Positions 25,501 to 38,446 of a stretch of 64,000 bases of DNA are shown piece after piece. The DNA comes from Marsupella aquatica (taxonomy: Eukaryota; Plantae; Marchantiophyta), in assembly GCA_973895155.1 (NCBI GenBank), contig OZ316898.1, forward strand, positions 21,091,292 to 21,155,291, in the 5' to 3' direction. Both the position numbers and the translations under genes were made by a program. The stretch's first letter is position 1; every line of letters starts with the position of its first letter. The notes under the pieces were generated by a model. It saw nothing but the letters and a program-made list of their open reading frames with translations, searched no databases and was not told where the DNA came from.

Positions 25501-26814
25501 TTCAGCAGACTCTGCATGCCTGGTTGCTGCATCGGCAAGTCCTCCTTCCTGGGCCTAAACACCTGCTCGATCGTAGGACTAACAGGTGGTTGAGGCTTCT
25601 CAGCCAATGGCCTCGGCGTTGGAGCTTCCTCGGGTGCCCTTACCTGCAGGGGAAGTACCGGGGCAAAAGTCTGACCTCTGGCATACCGGCACAACAGCGG
25701 CATGTGATAGCCAAGCCGCGACACGCTCCCCATGCCGATTACCTGCTGCTCCTCCTTTAAGATCTTCTTCAATTGGTTGAGGAGGTACCCGTTGTAGTCC
25801 CGGCTTGGGTCTGGCCTTTCTACCAGATAGACCTGTGCCTTGCCGATCTCTGCCCTCGGCAAGTTACAATGCATGGTCACCCGCAAGAAGTCGATCATCT
25901 CTCCTATGTGCGGGTTGGTGCAGGTGTTCCGGAAGAAGCCATTCTTCGTTGATGGCCCGGGGAACGACCGGAACTCCTTGTCAGGCAAGGTCTTCTTGGT
26001 ATCAACTTTGGTCTTATTGCCTATCGGCAAGCCAAACACTTCGGCAATTACCTTGGGAGTAAGATAGAAATCCTTCCCATATATCCTCGTGCAATTGGTC
26101 TCGGGTTCCCATGACCCCACGAATTCTAATAGGTCTGACTCCGGTACCTCCGGCTTCAGCCATGGTAATCTTACAAAGGCCTCTAAGCCGGATCCGGCCA
26201 TGAAGCCTTGGTACTTCTTGGTCTGCATGGCCGTAAAGCATGCATCCTCCTCCCGTGCAAAATGTAGTTGCACCTCCACCGGTAGGGTTGCCGCCCAGCC
26301 CTTCCAGGTGTCATCCCTGGTTGGAATGGCCTTGATGGGATCGACCTCCTCCTCTTCGGCTTCTCCCTGCCTCCTGCTCTGCTGCTCGGCTGGCTTCTTT
26401 GGTGCCGCCGACCTCGTTCTTTTTGCCTTGACGTTGCTCATACCCTCCTTAGGTCGATCGTCGGTATCTACTCTCTCCCCGAGTGCTTGCCTAAGCAGCT
26501 GACAGTAGTTGGCCTCCCGTAGTCGTCTGCCTAGTTCGTGCTCGCAAATGAGCCACCATCTCCTGCAAGCGCTCCTTACCCCTCTCCTCTGCCGGTCCTT
26601 CTTCCCGTTGATCCTTCCTAGCCGCCGACGCTTAACGCGCCCTAACCCTAATCGGGTTTTCACCCTCAGCCTTACCTCCGGCCTCGGCCCGGGTTCCATG
26701 GTTGCCCCTAATTGTTTATATTTTCCTTGTTTTGTCCCTATACTAAGGTGTTCCTAGGGTGCCTTCCTGCTTTACCCACTTAACCGGCCGAGTGATTCCT
26801 GTCTAGGCATCACA
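22534..26814 (-). mobile_element. Family-A solo-LTR-like unit (copy 2), 4281 bp
   Basis: TG...CA termini; TSD TTTCA at 22529-22533 and 26815-26819. Inverted near-identical copy of 38447-43105 lacking 378 bp. Confidence 0.95.
23445..26699 (-). CDS. Family-A accessory protein, 1084 codons (PMD-like + coiled coil; domain X deleted in frame)
   Basis: Uninterrupted ORF; matches ORF 38562-42194 minus 126 aa (SNV|KAKRTRS junction). Confidence 0.85.
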   Translation of the reverse strand: MEPGPRPEVRLRVKTRLGLGRVKRRRLGRINGKKDRQRRGVRSACRRWWLICEHELGRRLREANYCQLLRQALGERVDTDDRPKEGMSNVKAKRTRSAAPKKPAEQQSRRQGEAEEEEVDPIKAIPTRDDTWKGWAATLPVEVQLHFAREEDACFTAMQTKKYQGFMAGSGLEAFVRLPWLKPEVPESDLLEFVGSWEPETNCTRIYGKDFYLTPKVIAEVFGLPIGNKTKVDTKKTLPDKEFRSFPGPSTKNGFFRNTCTNPHIGEMIDFLRVTMHCNLPRAEIGKAQVYLVERPDPSRDYNGYLLNQLKKILKEEQQVIGMGSVSRLGYHMPLLCRYARGQTFAPVLPLQVRAPEEAPTPRPLAEKPQPPVSPTIEQVFRPRKEDLPMQQPGMQSLLKLLEKEKKSASATTTATATMQDTTTEVGLHRLTRENPFAGDKERIRPESKPGVRMYVGTSSSKSEAELPEAPTDEEEREKSDVQEVEEAVEDCSHDNSGYGSDHHVPGVRTCGRFVPTLPRVVRGDPNQQSSPESPPPDVAPPSFDGIKQTVQEFQERIKQEEEAALAKEKDLPGGDWPKDIRRLAKKGSKPLATIEEIRRTAWEQRPRWAMPITSTYSTYAKNRAMEYGEMCGELALGIFGEELEVGPFFHREQLEKHQLEEAVALERSKKDEVIRRLRRMEAEIEDLRAAKKAQDELRIKQHELNIMQGQLDTAQADNQNIKDKLTQTQGELADTIKEREKWKQELKNTEEAHITANSRAMAETQRKEWALKGELEKIRGALEQKEAELGKSYQGIMALQQELASLTASFKADLREKDEMLEQTYAKMNQMESVIIAELDKELRATQEERTTLKQEREEAQKELEEARKDLDETQEELQEIMRKMENLQRRADNQTERLKKQAAVFKCLSSSGPTPIGATKLPGVVLAEEKAAPTAPVPEVSGKGKGPAAKPEKKKKRKPSGSRSNPTPQAVVTKEVEPAPSSGMNTAIDPAIITGGGGAAQAELLSNEAGIPDPPLEQAGETVAEAEAVTDFQADADADGGPSQAKGELTQSRAGNLSGNEPTAVAEEEALGASIKDPPPVS

Positions 26815-28786
26815 TTTCATAGCGTGGAAGTATGTTGGTGTTCAAATCCTCCATCCGGACTTTCGCCGGCCTGATTCTGCAGCCAACGGACAACAAGCGA
26901 GACAGTTGTGCCGACACTTCAACACGCATCCACTTGCAACCAACACCAGCACATGACTAATCGTCATGGCAGCTCCCTGCGCGTTCTTTCACACGATCGT
27001 CGTGAGGTCTGTCAATGTTTTTGCCTTGACACATCAAATTTAATTCCATTGGAAGTGACACAGTACAACAGGGTGGCCCACGAAAGGGGGACAACACCCA
27101 AAGGGAACCGGAGGACAACGTGCTAAAAACTGGGGAAGCCGGCACCATGGTAGACGAAAGGCCCCTAGAGGGTGGCAGGTAAACGAGACGTTCAACCACT
27201 GTAGACGGAGCACCACACTCCGTAAGACCGGCCAGTGAAGAAGCCCCGGCGGGGAACCATCCAGTGGTCTGTCAAATTTGTTCACTTCCGTTCTCGCTTT
27301 TAGTCCGTAGGGGGTATTGGAACCTTTTGGGTCAAATGTACAGTAGTTTGGGGAAGTGTGACGCCGTTACATTGAGGCTCCTCCCTGTCTTTGCGTATTT
27401 GGCGACTATCATGTCAGCCGTTGATCATAGCTTGTGTTCCCCTTTTGATCCTCATCTCCTACGGTCCCACCATTTTCTACTCATACCATGCCCTTCGCTG
27501 AATCCTATATATGTAGCGAATAGTATATTAAATAGCATGTACATCCATAAGCTGAATAAAACGTTGCATATTGGTAGTGGACAAGACATCGTAAATAGAC
27601 ATTGCTCCCTGTTAAAGTGAAATTAAATGGATGTGTATGTGCTATATGATGCTCCGGTTTTGAAGTGACTTGTTAGCCCCGGGCTGGGTTTCTTGTGGCC
27701 ATACAGCCAAACTAAAAGTGTGTCAGATGCAGATACAGGTCCCTCCGCCTAATTTGAATAAGTAACCTGAAAGCAGATTTGCGGTCTAGCACACATTGGC
27801 CGTATGCATCATCGGTCGGAGTAAGCATGAAAACTAAGTGAATGGATGTGCATTTGTTTGGATGGAGGACCGTGAAATGAAAGGTCCAAAATACCCGCTC
27901 GAGCGCACTTCGATGTTCCGTGGAATATCTAAGGGGGAGGGGACCGGATTTCACCAAATCCATATTTAAGTGCTCCTAGCATTGCCTGGTACTACCGCTG
28001 CCGTGTGTACGTATCCACAGGAGGCATCCGTGGAAATTGTTCATATTCAGGGTTGAGGGTGCATCATGCTTTGGGCCATTGCATATTCAATTTGCTCTGT
28101 CTTGTCATAACAAATGAAGCAGTAGTACCATCCTCCTTAAACAAAGGCACGGTGTACACCAGATACTCATGTATCAATTCAGAATTCCAAAATTCGGAAA
28201 TTTTGTGGAGATGCGTGACCCTTACAAAATATGATCTTCAACAAAACAGGGGAAGTTCAGGGTTATCACAGGGGAAGTGCCGTCATCACAAAAACAAGGA
28301 GTATCGCCCTTCTGTACTTAACAGTCGTGGCCTTCAAAACGTAAGTTTTCGGAATCATCCAAAACCCTATGGACAATATAACTTATGGGCGCTTTGTAGA
28401 GCACACGTTCTCGGGCTGAAAAACATTCGATTCTACAATCGACCCTGAACTATCATAAAAAGGCAGGGCAAGCCTGTGAACCACACATTGTGGCACCAGC
28501 TTGGGGAAACGCATATCTATGATGAGGCATCATCTCGAGGCGAGTGGCTTGATGCCACTGACATGACGACGGGGTTTAGGGTTCCCCATGATGACTTTGT
28601 CCATGAACTGCTGAAAGGCAGCCTCAGGGCTAGCCAAAACATGGATGGAAGGCCACCAGCTCTTGAACATTGGAAACCCACCAGAGAGACGTTGCAAGCT
28701 TGTCTGGTAACCCCCCCGGGCTATGTTGGATTTAGGGTCTAAAGTTGAATGTAGAACGTCTGTAGCTGGCTTCTCCCCGTTTTCAC

Positions 28787-28846
28787 GATCCACACTCGCC
28801 TGATCCACACTCGCCTGATCCACGCTCGCCTGATCCACACTCGCCT
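28787..28846. repeat. 15-bp minisatellite x4
   Basis: GATCCAC(A/G)CTCGCCT repeated four times. Confidence 0.95.
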
Positions 28847-29317
28847 ACGTGCCCAACAGCCTCGGCAATTCCATCACTTTACACCTCCACGCATCCCTAA
28901 AATTATGCGATCCACAGTTTGAGTGGCTCACCCATGCCTGTCTACAAGACAACACATTGCAAAAGATGTGAATGGATAATAATCATGAAACTGACCCTTC
29001 ACGTTGTGCTGATCTGTGTGGCATTACTTGATGTTCAGTGTGTTGGAATGGAAGTGAATACCAACTCCTGAATGAACAACTTGCTTTATATACAGGTACC
29101 AGATCCTTAGGAGATATGCTTCCCTCCCTAACGTGATTTGGTGAAAACTTAACAATGTGCCCCTACAAAGTATAGAACAGGCCACATAAACCTCCCAGGC
29201 ATTCGGTTAAAAGGCAGGGCATGATCCATGACCCTAACAAGCAATCAGTTCTATGCCAGCTGTCGAAACTCCCCTCCTGGGAATTCTGGCGACCCTGGGC
29301 CCCGATTTATCTCCTAG

Positions 29318-31567
29318 TCAGGCTTCCATAAACCCTAAACCCATTAGCTGCTTCAGCTGGTTTAGCTGATTTTGTGCTTGCGTTTTCAAAAGCTGATTCC
29401 GGTCGAGGAGATCTTCGCATTCCAACCCTAAAGCCTGTCTCTCTGCAGTTCCTGACATCAACTCCTCATTAGCCTTTTGCAATTGATGTTGGAGTGCCTG
29501 GTTCTCCGATCGAAGACTTGCGACCTCTGTCTCTAACTTAGCTTGCATCTCCCCAAGTTTGGCTTCTGACTTGTTTTTGTCGGCCTCCAATTCTTTTGCG
29601 GCTAAGCCCAAGTTGTGGATCGAGTTGTCCCTTTCCTTGGCCAGGTCCTGAACTGCTCTGGCCAACTTGAGTTCCAAATCAGACACTTGCTGGTGCTTGG
29701 TATGTCGTAATTTCACCAAATTTGTGTTGGCCTCAGCGGTCTTTGCTTTCTCGGCTGCCAGTTCGGCTCTATACCGAGTTTCGAGTATGGCTGTCTCTTG
29801 CGACACCTTACTCAATTGTATACAAACCGACTCAAGCGATTTCTTAGCTTTGGACGCCTCCTCCTCCTTCCGCCAAATTTCCTGCACGAGCTTCCGCAAC
29901 TCCTCTTGTAAAAGGGGTGCAGCCTTCTCAATTGTTTGGGCTCCCTTTGGTGATTCAGCACCGGGTTGATATTCCACAGTCAGAACCGTCTCGTGTCCAA
30001 TCGAGATTCTTGCGGGTGGTCCTACGGCCGGGTTATTTTCAGACTCGTCTCCGCCGTTGTTGTCAGCACAGGATTCCGATATCGTACTTCTAGCCGGTAG
30101 AGCTAACCCCGAGGTGAATCATCGGGAAAACAATTGCTCAACCTCATCGTCCTCGGCGTTCTGCACAGGAACTCCCATGTCATCTCCTAGTTCTGTTTGG
30201 GACTTTGAGGTGTCGACCTCTGCTGTCTGCCTTAGCGCCAACGGCAGTGGTTTCTTACTCCACATGATAAGTGCTGGGTCCCGGCCTTCTGCATCTTCTT
30301 GTCCCTTCCCTAGTCCGATTTGAGTGGGAATCTCTGCTGGCTGATGTAGTTGAGATCGAGCATGTTTTATGATCAATGGCAAATGATAGGCCAGCCGGGA
30401 AACACCCCCAACCGACATCATTCTATGATTGGTATTCAACGCCTCCAACAATCTCTTGAAAAGAAAACCACAGTAGTCCACCCTTGTGCTGAGCTGATGT
30501 ACCAATGCCACCTCATTCTTCCCGAACTCAGGCCATCTCGGAGTAAACCACATCGTAACTCGAAGGAAATCCAGGATGTCGCGAGTCTGAATATTGATAC
30601 ATTCACAGCGCAAGAATCCGTTTATGTTGGGTGGTCCCTCAAAGTCCCTGCACTCGGTGTCCTTATCATGAACCATCCTGCCGATTTTAACCGGCTGTCC
30701 CAAGGCTAGCCCGAACACTTCGGATACCACCTTCTCTGAAAATTGGAATTCTTGACCAAATATATGCGTGAGCTTGCGCTCAGGATCCCAATTAGCTACG
30801 AACGTCATCATCTCTCTGTGGGTTATATCTTGGGCAGTCCAGGGTAACCAGACAAAATTCTCTAGCCCCGACCCGTGTAGGAATTTGGGATACCTGCCCG
30901 AAACTACGACTCGGAATACATCGTCGTCATCCCGAATAAATTTGAGTCGAAGTTCCTCTGCTACCGTGTCAACCCAACCCTTCCAATTCCAATCCTTTGG
31001 CGTCGATGTGGTGACCGCATCATCAATTCCTCCCGGTTCTTCCCCAGTCTCACTATTCTGACCTAGACTCGTTGGTGGCACTGTCGGTGTCCCGTTTCAT
31101 CGCGGTCGTGCTGACTCCCGACCTGCTCCACTCTTCTTTATTTTTGCCGGTGGCGCAGCGACTGCCTCTCCATGTTTCTTCCCGCGTGCATTTGCTGCCA
31201 GCAGAGCTTGTTTCCCCTTGCTTCCTCGCCGTGAGCCTTCACCTAGCACAGCCTCTGGCGTCCACTTCAACGTCCAGCCTGGTAGTACCCACCTGTCGTC
31301 TGGACACCTATCAATCGCTCGCCTTACCGACAACAACTGATCCTCCTCGAACCAAATGCGGTTGAGTTCATCAACCGATGGTGACCATAAAAGATCCACA
31401 GAAATGCATTCCCCGCCGACGAATGCAACCTCAAGGAGCTCCCACAACTTTTGTATGAGTTGTCTCTCTTCATCCGCTCGCTCTGGCTGCTGCTCTTCGT
31501 ATGTTGCTATGAGTAGACCCCCGTACTCGAGAACACAGCCCCAATAATGTCTTGCCTGATTCACCAT
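29318..31567 (-). pseudogene. Accessory gene member C (domain X + PMD-like + coiled coil), ~749 codons with two in-frame TGA
   Basis: ORFs 31097-31567, 30119-31081 and 29318-29977 share one frame, separated only by TGA at 31099-31097 and 30121-30119. MVNQARHYWGC matches NQAAHFWGC (A); GSGLENFVWLPW matches GSGLEAFVRLPW; SRLAYHLPL matches SRLGYHMPL. Confidence 0.85.
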
Positions 31568-31790
31568 CGTTATAGCGCGAATAAAGAATGACACCAAAGG
31601 ATGGTTGAACCCTAAAAACCACGCCTCGCCTCGCCCGCCGATAGCCTGAAAAGTGAAATGTGCGAATGAACAGTGTTTCATATGCGTCACCTGATGAAAG
31701 CATTGAACTACTTGAGTATGAGAGAGATGCCCCGAGCAGAATATGCGACTGAGTGTTTCTTGTTGAGTGACGCTTGTACTAAGAATTAAG

Positions 31791-31925
31791 TACCCTAGTA
31801 CTACACGGCGATGCGGCCACCACACCCTTCGAGCTCAGTGTTCGTCGTTAGAGCGGCACTGGCACTGGTACTAATAACTACCCTACTTCTACACGGGGAT
31901 GTGCCAACCCCACCCATTCGAGCTG
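31791..31925. repeat. Imperfect direct repeat pair
   Basis: TACCCTA..CTACACGG.GATG.G...CACCC.TTCGAGCT at ~31791 and ~31879. Confidence 0.6.
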
Positions 31926-34900
31926 TACGGTAGGTAGAAGCGTGAGCCTGAAGGTCGCCTGCTCTAATTGATCAATTTACTTCAAGCGGCGAAGTTTTTG
32001 CTTCATTGGCACGCCGGGCTTTGGTGAGTGTTTAGATCCAGGGTAGAACCAGTATATATAATAGGGATGGGCACCTTTCGTTTTCATTATCAACATAATA
32101 TATATTTCAAGTCCCTATTAATATCTCTTCTGTGGCAGGCGGGTTAGGGTCGGGGTACTGTTCAGAGTTTAGGGTTTAGAACAAAACAATGTGTGAAAAA
32201 AATTTCTAAGCAGGTCAGCTTTTGTATAAGATTTGAGTTAGGTGTGTTTTTAATTAGTAGTTACAAAATTAAGTGTGACTATAACTAAGGTAATTAAGGC
32301 CAAGATTATATAAGATTTGGGTCAGGTGTGCTTTTTATTGACTTATATCACCAATGGGAGTGGCTGGATTTAGGTTAAGACCAAGAATTCGAGGTGTCTC
32401 AATGTTGACTTGGAATTTTCTGATCCATGAGGGCATCCCCTTTGGCATACTTATTTGCTAATTGTTTACATGGTCATGATCGAAGAGAATTTTTCAGTGC
32501 TTCCTTAGTGGTCTCATAGTACTAAAGAGACAAAGTGCCTGGTGTGAAAAGTTTTGCTTTGTCCAGGGGTGAGGTCACCCCAACGTCACTCTCATATTAC
32601 CCAATTTGGCCCAAAAGCATAGTGGACCACGAATACGTTTGCTACAGAGTGACTCAATGCAAGTAAGCAGTCAGTCCTCCGAGACAAAGGTATTCTTCTT
32701 CCATGATGGCACCACTCTTGTCAACTCAATTCCAGGTAACTCTTGGTTTTTCATCAATAACTGGAAAATGACATTGGACATGTTGCAAAGATGGGTTTTC
32801 ATCCATAGAGTTTAGGGTTTTTTGGAAACAACTACAGAGTACACTCTAGTAGTCGTGTAATTTAGTTTAGCCTTTGTGACTGACCCGCTCGGTCACGGGC
32901 CTGGTATAATACTAGCCGGGACTACTGTACTTGTCCTTTGAACGTGAATAGCGGCGAGGAGAAAATAAATGTAGACTAGAAGCTATTGTTCACGCGTACG
33001 GTCTAGAGTGAAGGCTCTAGACCATAACTCTAGGGTCAAAAAATTGTGGGTGCTGACGGAAAGTGAGGGTGAGGAGTAACACGACGCAGGGGAGCGCGAA
33101 CTAGGTCAAAAGTAGCATAAATCTCAAAGCGGGCGGTGCGGCAGATCTGGCAGTGTCACACGGGAACGCGAGGGTAGGTGCACAAGGGAGCCGATGGATA
33201 TTGCGATGGCGGTGCATGGGAAAGCACAGGAGCTACGTCCTGTGAATGCAAGGGAAGTTCCAGCTCAGTAATGATCGCTCAAATGCCATTTCATTTTTGC
33301 TTTGCTGTTTGATCGTTGTTTTGCAGATCATTGTCCTCGACAATCATCCCAGCTTGCATCCTCAACAATCGTCCCAGCAGCAAACGCAAGCTTACAGAGG
33401 AGCGGCCTTTTGATTGGAGCCCACTTTGCTTTTCATTTCCTGGTGAGACATGTCAACAAACTGACGTATTATTTTCACTTGACTCAATCTACTTTACTGC
33501 TTGCATGTGGCAGGATGAGTGTAAGTCAAATCGAATTATTCTCGGCAAAGGTTTTGAATTCCTCCCCGCAGGTCGCTCTGGGTAGCCCTGGTCCAGGTTC
33601 GAGGTAGCAACCTCTGCTACAGATTTTCGCCTCTCCCTCTGACGACTCCCGGATCCACTCCTACTGAGGAGACCGTTGAGAGATGATTCATAAAGCTTAG
33701 CATTACTTTATGTGGAGTTCTGTGAGTGGACTGCTCATGAGATTGATCGATCGCGGAATCCTTTGCAGGTGTATGGTGCTGCGGTGAATCTTTGTCAGGG
33801 CGAAAGAACTACCTAAAGCCCTGAGTGCAAACAACACTGCGCGATTACTATTCATGGACGGTACTCTACTGCTTCGGCACAATTGATTAGTTGTATGCAA
33901 GAGGTTTTGCTTGGAGTCCAGTAGTGCTTAGCGATTGGCTCTCTCCGATTACAGTGACTCACATATTTCTTGTTGAACGTTTTTTTCTGTTTATAGTGAT
34001 GCGATAGTCGACGTATGATCATGCAACAACCAAAATCACGGCGTCGGCAGCTAGCTTCGATACGGGACGAGCATTTCATGCTTGATGTGAATAGTTGTAT
34101 GTTCTCTCGCCCATCGTGACACGATTTGCTATCTTACTCATAAAGCGCCAACTACAAGGACGAGTTGGGGCCTAGGCTTCTAAGACCCCAACTGTAGGTT
34201 GTAGTTGGCGCTTTTATAAATGAGACATTTCAAGAGTTGGAATATGGAATACATTTTGTTTACATTTTATTGTACTCTCCTCAGGTACTGACGTTTAAAG
34301 AACGGGTAGTCGGTGCTAGTCTTAAGTAATGATGAAGCGGGTTCACGACCTAGGGTGTAGAGTTAACCCTCGAGACCGTCATTATGGGGGCTTGTTGAAC
34401 TTGGGAGCGAGGGTGTGTTCCAAGGATTGGGGGCAGGGTGAGTGTTTTGAAAACACAACGGGCTTGAGCGTAAATGCATTCCAAAATGCGTGAGCTGGGA
34501 AAGAGTTTGAAAATCAATACTAACGACTTGAAACCGAGTCTGTGGCCATGGTGATGAGCTTTCCAATTCATACAACAATGTTTTCAATCGCGTCCACCAG
34601 AGACACACGTAGTACTACAAAGATCTCTTTTCGATAGATCTCAACTGCTCGAACTGAACTTAGCTATTTAAGTTTGGGGTTCATTCTTGATTCAGCCCTG
34701 CCAATCTACTCTCCACCTCTTGCTGATGCGGTTGTGCTGTCAAATTTAGTGGGACATTGCAATGAAGTGAGGCACTTATTTTCGTTATTTGTCAATGTGG
34801 ACAGGAGGAAATTCAATTGATTCACTAGGAGCTTCGATAGATTCAATTGGTTCTCTATAGTCTGAAATTTTAGCCTGTCCGGGAGCCCTATCATCTAAAA

Positions 34901-36616
34901 TCGGAGCCTCTCTTCGCTCCTTGCACTCCTCCTTCGACAAGCTTGAATGTGGATCTACTTGAATGCCCGTTCTCTCTTTTCAGCTCTTAGCTGCACGGAT
35001 GGAAACTGGCGGAGTGTGCCTATTGGAGCTCATGTTTAGTATACAGCAGTAGCAAGAAAATGATCCAAGCAACAAGAGCGGGGCGGGGCGGGGCAGGGCA
35101 GGGCCGGGCAGGGCAGGCGGCTGTAACCCATGTGGTGGTCTCCATCGGAGGCCAAATCCAGTGCTCTGTGAGAATTTTGACCGGTGCCATTTCCTCATTT
35201 TTTCCAGTTCAGCTGGGTTTTCTGGTGTTTGCATGTGCGACAAAAGGTCTGACCTTGAATCGGGTATTGGCATTGTTTTGTTGATCCTTTTACCTAGCGA
35301 GGGTTGAAAGTGGAGGGTGGATTGGATCATGGTGAGAGGCTTCGGGAGGACCCAGTGGCTGCCCAGATCCTGCTTGGATCATGGTACAACAACAGCAGGT
35401 GCAGAAGACATAGAAGAAGTAGTAGTTTTTGTTGACGAGTTCTGAATTGGATTAGGCTGAATTAATTGCAGTGGTGATGGGCGGAACTGTGGCTCAAGTT
35501 AGTAGTACTCTCATGATTCCCGACAGTACCCTGTGATTTTGTAATCCTGTGAAAGACAAAAATATGTCATTCACCAAGAGGCCATCTTCCAAGGAGACGA
35601 CCTGGACGTGAATTTGTGTTTGGTTCTGACGAATTTGTGATTAAGCGTTGTGGAGAGAGTTTAGGGTTGTAAAATTCTTTGGAATCCATTTTGCCATGTT
35701 TTAATTTAGGGGTTAAGCTGGGCCGAGGCTGATGCTGCAAGGTAGAGCAGCACAGCTGGACATGTTCCATCGCAATCGGTGTCCCATATGCGAGAAACAT
35801 CTGTTGCAGCCTGGCCAGTTGATGTTGATTCTGGCAAAAAGTGGCAGGGAATCGATTGGCAACTACCCCAGTCCAGCCCAACTATCAGTACTCAGCAGCT
35901 TATTGCAGATAGAGAAATGGCTTCAGTATAATAAGCTTAGAAGAACAGGTTGCAGTGTTGCACTCCTGTTCAGCATGGAAAGCATGACGTGAGTCTTTTG
36001 GAGATTCCAAGTAAATGATCAAAAAGGAGCTGGGGCTCTCTTCAGCCGGACTATATATGAAGCAACCTGAAAGAATTGTTGTCTTCAGTTTCGGTTTTTT
36101 TTTTCAATCAGGTTAAATTGAAGCCAAACGTTTTTCAATTCATTGTATTGTACAACACAGGAGCTATCAGATTTGGAACCTTTTAAATAACTTGGTATCA
36201 TTTGCGTGAAGAAGATCAATCCAATTTTGTACAATAATCCAAACAAATTTCTGCGCGCTGTGACGCCGCCGGTATGGCGGTTAATGAGTGATTCAGTCTA
36301 ACTGCGCTCGGCACGCGTGTTAGGAGGGTCTTAGGCCGCTATTATTAGCATAACGACAGTATTTAGGTAATCATTAGGGGTAGGACATCATTAGACAATA
36401 AGGGGGACTTCAGGTTCGGGCTGGCGGCGGGTCGCTATTCGCACACCCGGGTTACGAGCGTGGAAGGGCCCCTCCCTCGGATCCGTATAACGAACTTAAG
36501 GAAGCGGCCACTGACGCATGCTGACTCAGACCGGCGGAGTGGCCGGTACACCACAAGCGTGAGCGGTTCAGCCTATGGGCGTCGAGGAGACGTCGGGGAT
36601 CGACAAGCCCTCAAAG

Positions 36617-36623
36617 TATAAAA
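36617..36623 (+). promoter_or_regulatory. Candidate LTR TATA box
   Basis: TATAAAAGGGG ~360 bp into the LTR, followed by a CT-rich leader and ATG at 36725; repeated at 51381 in the 3' LTR. Confidence 0.65.
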
Positions 36624-38446
36624 GGGGAGCCAACCCTTTGTAGTGCACCAGTCCATCAGTCCGCGCGCTAGCTTTGACCCCAGCTCTCTCGTTCTCTCTA
36701 GGTCGCCACTACTATCTCCTCTGAATGTCGCACACGATCCTCTCCAGCTCGGCCATTCGATTCTGGACGCAGTTCCTATCTACCGGAAGGCACTTGGCCG
36801 ATTCATTGAAACACGCCAACCCGCGCCGATACAAAATCGAACGTGAATACGAGAGAGCCATCCGCCTAGCAGGACGACACCACTACGTCCTTAACTTTGA
36901 CTACCCGTCTCAGAGCGAGCTTTTCCGACCAGCAGAGGTATCTGGGTACTTCTTCAACGGAGACAAATATATCGGGTTCTGGGAAGCATTGCTTTGGCTT
37001 CCGGACGAGGTCTTCAACATCCTGGGTACAATCGACCTGTAGCGACATCACTTCGACCACATCCCTGCCCGGGTTTGGGCTGTCATTAACGGCGAGTCCA
37101 GTACCAACCGTTCGACAAGGGCGTCCGCACTTGCTTCGGAGAACTTCTACCAGCACCTATAGAGCTTCATGGGAACTCGGCCATCAACCAACATGACCAA
37201 CTCAGCCGTGCCCGTACCCGTACCCGTGCCCATGCAACCCCAGCCTCAACCTCAGGCTCAGCTTCAGCTTCAGCCTCAGCCGCAGCCTAGCCAAACCCCA
37301 CCACCTATCACCCAGCCAGCACAGGTACGCTCCGTCATCAACGCTGTGGATCTTAGCGATGACGACGAGGCTACCCCACCCTTGACCAGGCGGCCCAGAG
37401 GAACAAGCGCTCGGGGGGCCGACACTATATCGTCCCCACCCCCTGCTCTGACCCCAGGAGCGGCCCCAGCAGACAACATGGTGACCGTGGCCGCCCCGGG
37501 CCCGTTACCAACGGCAGTGGCACTCCCCAGGCCCGATCGGGAGGATGGGGAAGTATCACCTTCCCCGAGTCAGTCACGGGGAAAGAAGAGGAAGGAATCC
37601 GCCACTGCATCCGGGTTACCGTTGGCCACGGTAGCCGTAGCCAAGGTGACGATGCACCGCATGGGGGAAAACGTTCACAGCAACATCCTCCATCCCAAGC
37701 ATGCGGTGTACCTGAAGACTCAGGGATTTGAGCACCTCACCTCTCTCCCCTGGAACACTTGCAGGTACTACTGGGAGGACATGACAGAATTCATCAAGAA
37801 TTATGACGACGTACGTCAACAGACTCGGCTGCGGGGAAGGAATATGTCCCTCACAGAAGAACGGCTCAAGATGATCTTCGGGTTACCCGAAGGTGACCAT
37901 CGAGTCGAATCACGGGCTCCCGGGGGCAAGGGGGCCAAGTACCAATCTTCAAGTTTTCCCTCAGAGGGAGCAGTAGACAACGGGTTCGTGATGAGGACCT
38001 GCCTCATGCCCGAGATAGCTGAGCGGCTGGAGTTCCAAAGGTACGCTCTCCACATGATGGAACCCCGGGGGGAGATCTCCGTCGCCCAGGTTATCCAGGT
38101 CGAGAACTATCGACCTAGGAAATGGGCGTCGTACTTTGCTAAGAAATTCCATGAAGAGATGGAGCGGCAAAGGAAGACGCTGTACATTGGTGGGAAGGCG
38201 TATTTCGCTAGCCACATCGAAATTATTCTTGAGTGGTACGCCCGGTTTGATCGACGAACCCTTCCCCGCATCAACGTTACAAAGTTGGTCCCAGCTAGGT
38301 GGGTTTTTCCGGCATTGGAGAGACGGCCCCAACCCGAGGCCCGAAGTCCAGTGGACACGCCAGCTTCACCCACCCCACCTCCACAAATAGCTGTAATCGT
38401 AACCGAGGAGGCGCCGGAGGGGTCGGTCGGCGCAACCGTTGATGCG

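Noticed and set aside
27700-28750. Degenerate coding-like sequence on the minus strand
   Set aside because: Many stops and no motif I can assign; the same holds for 33300-34100 and 35000-36000.
32884-32915. Possible Helitron 3' end (CCCG...CGGG hairpin then CTAG)
   Set aside because: Stem is weak, CTAG is followed by C rather than T, and no Rep/helicase sequence is recognisable.
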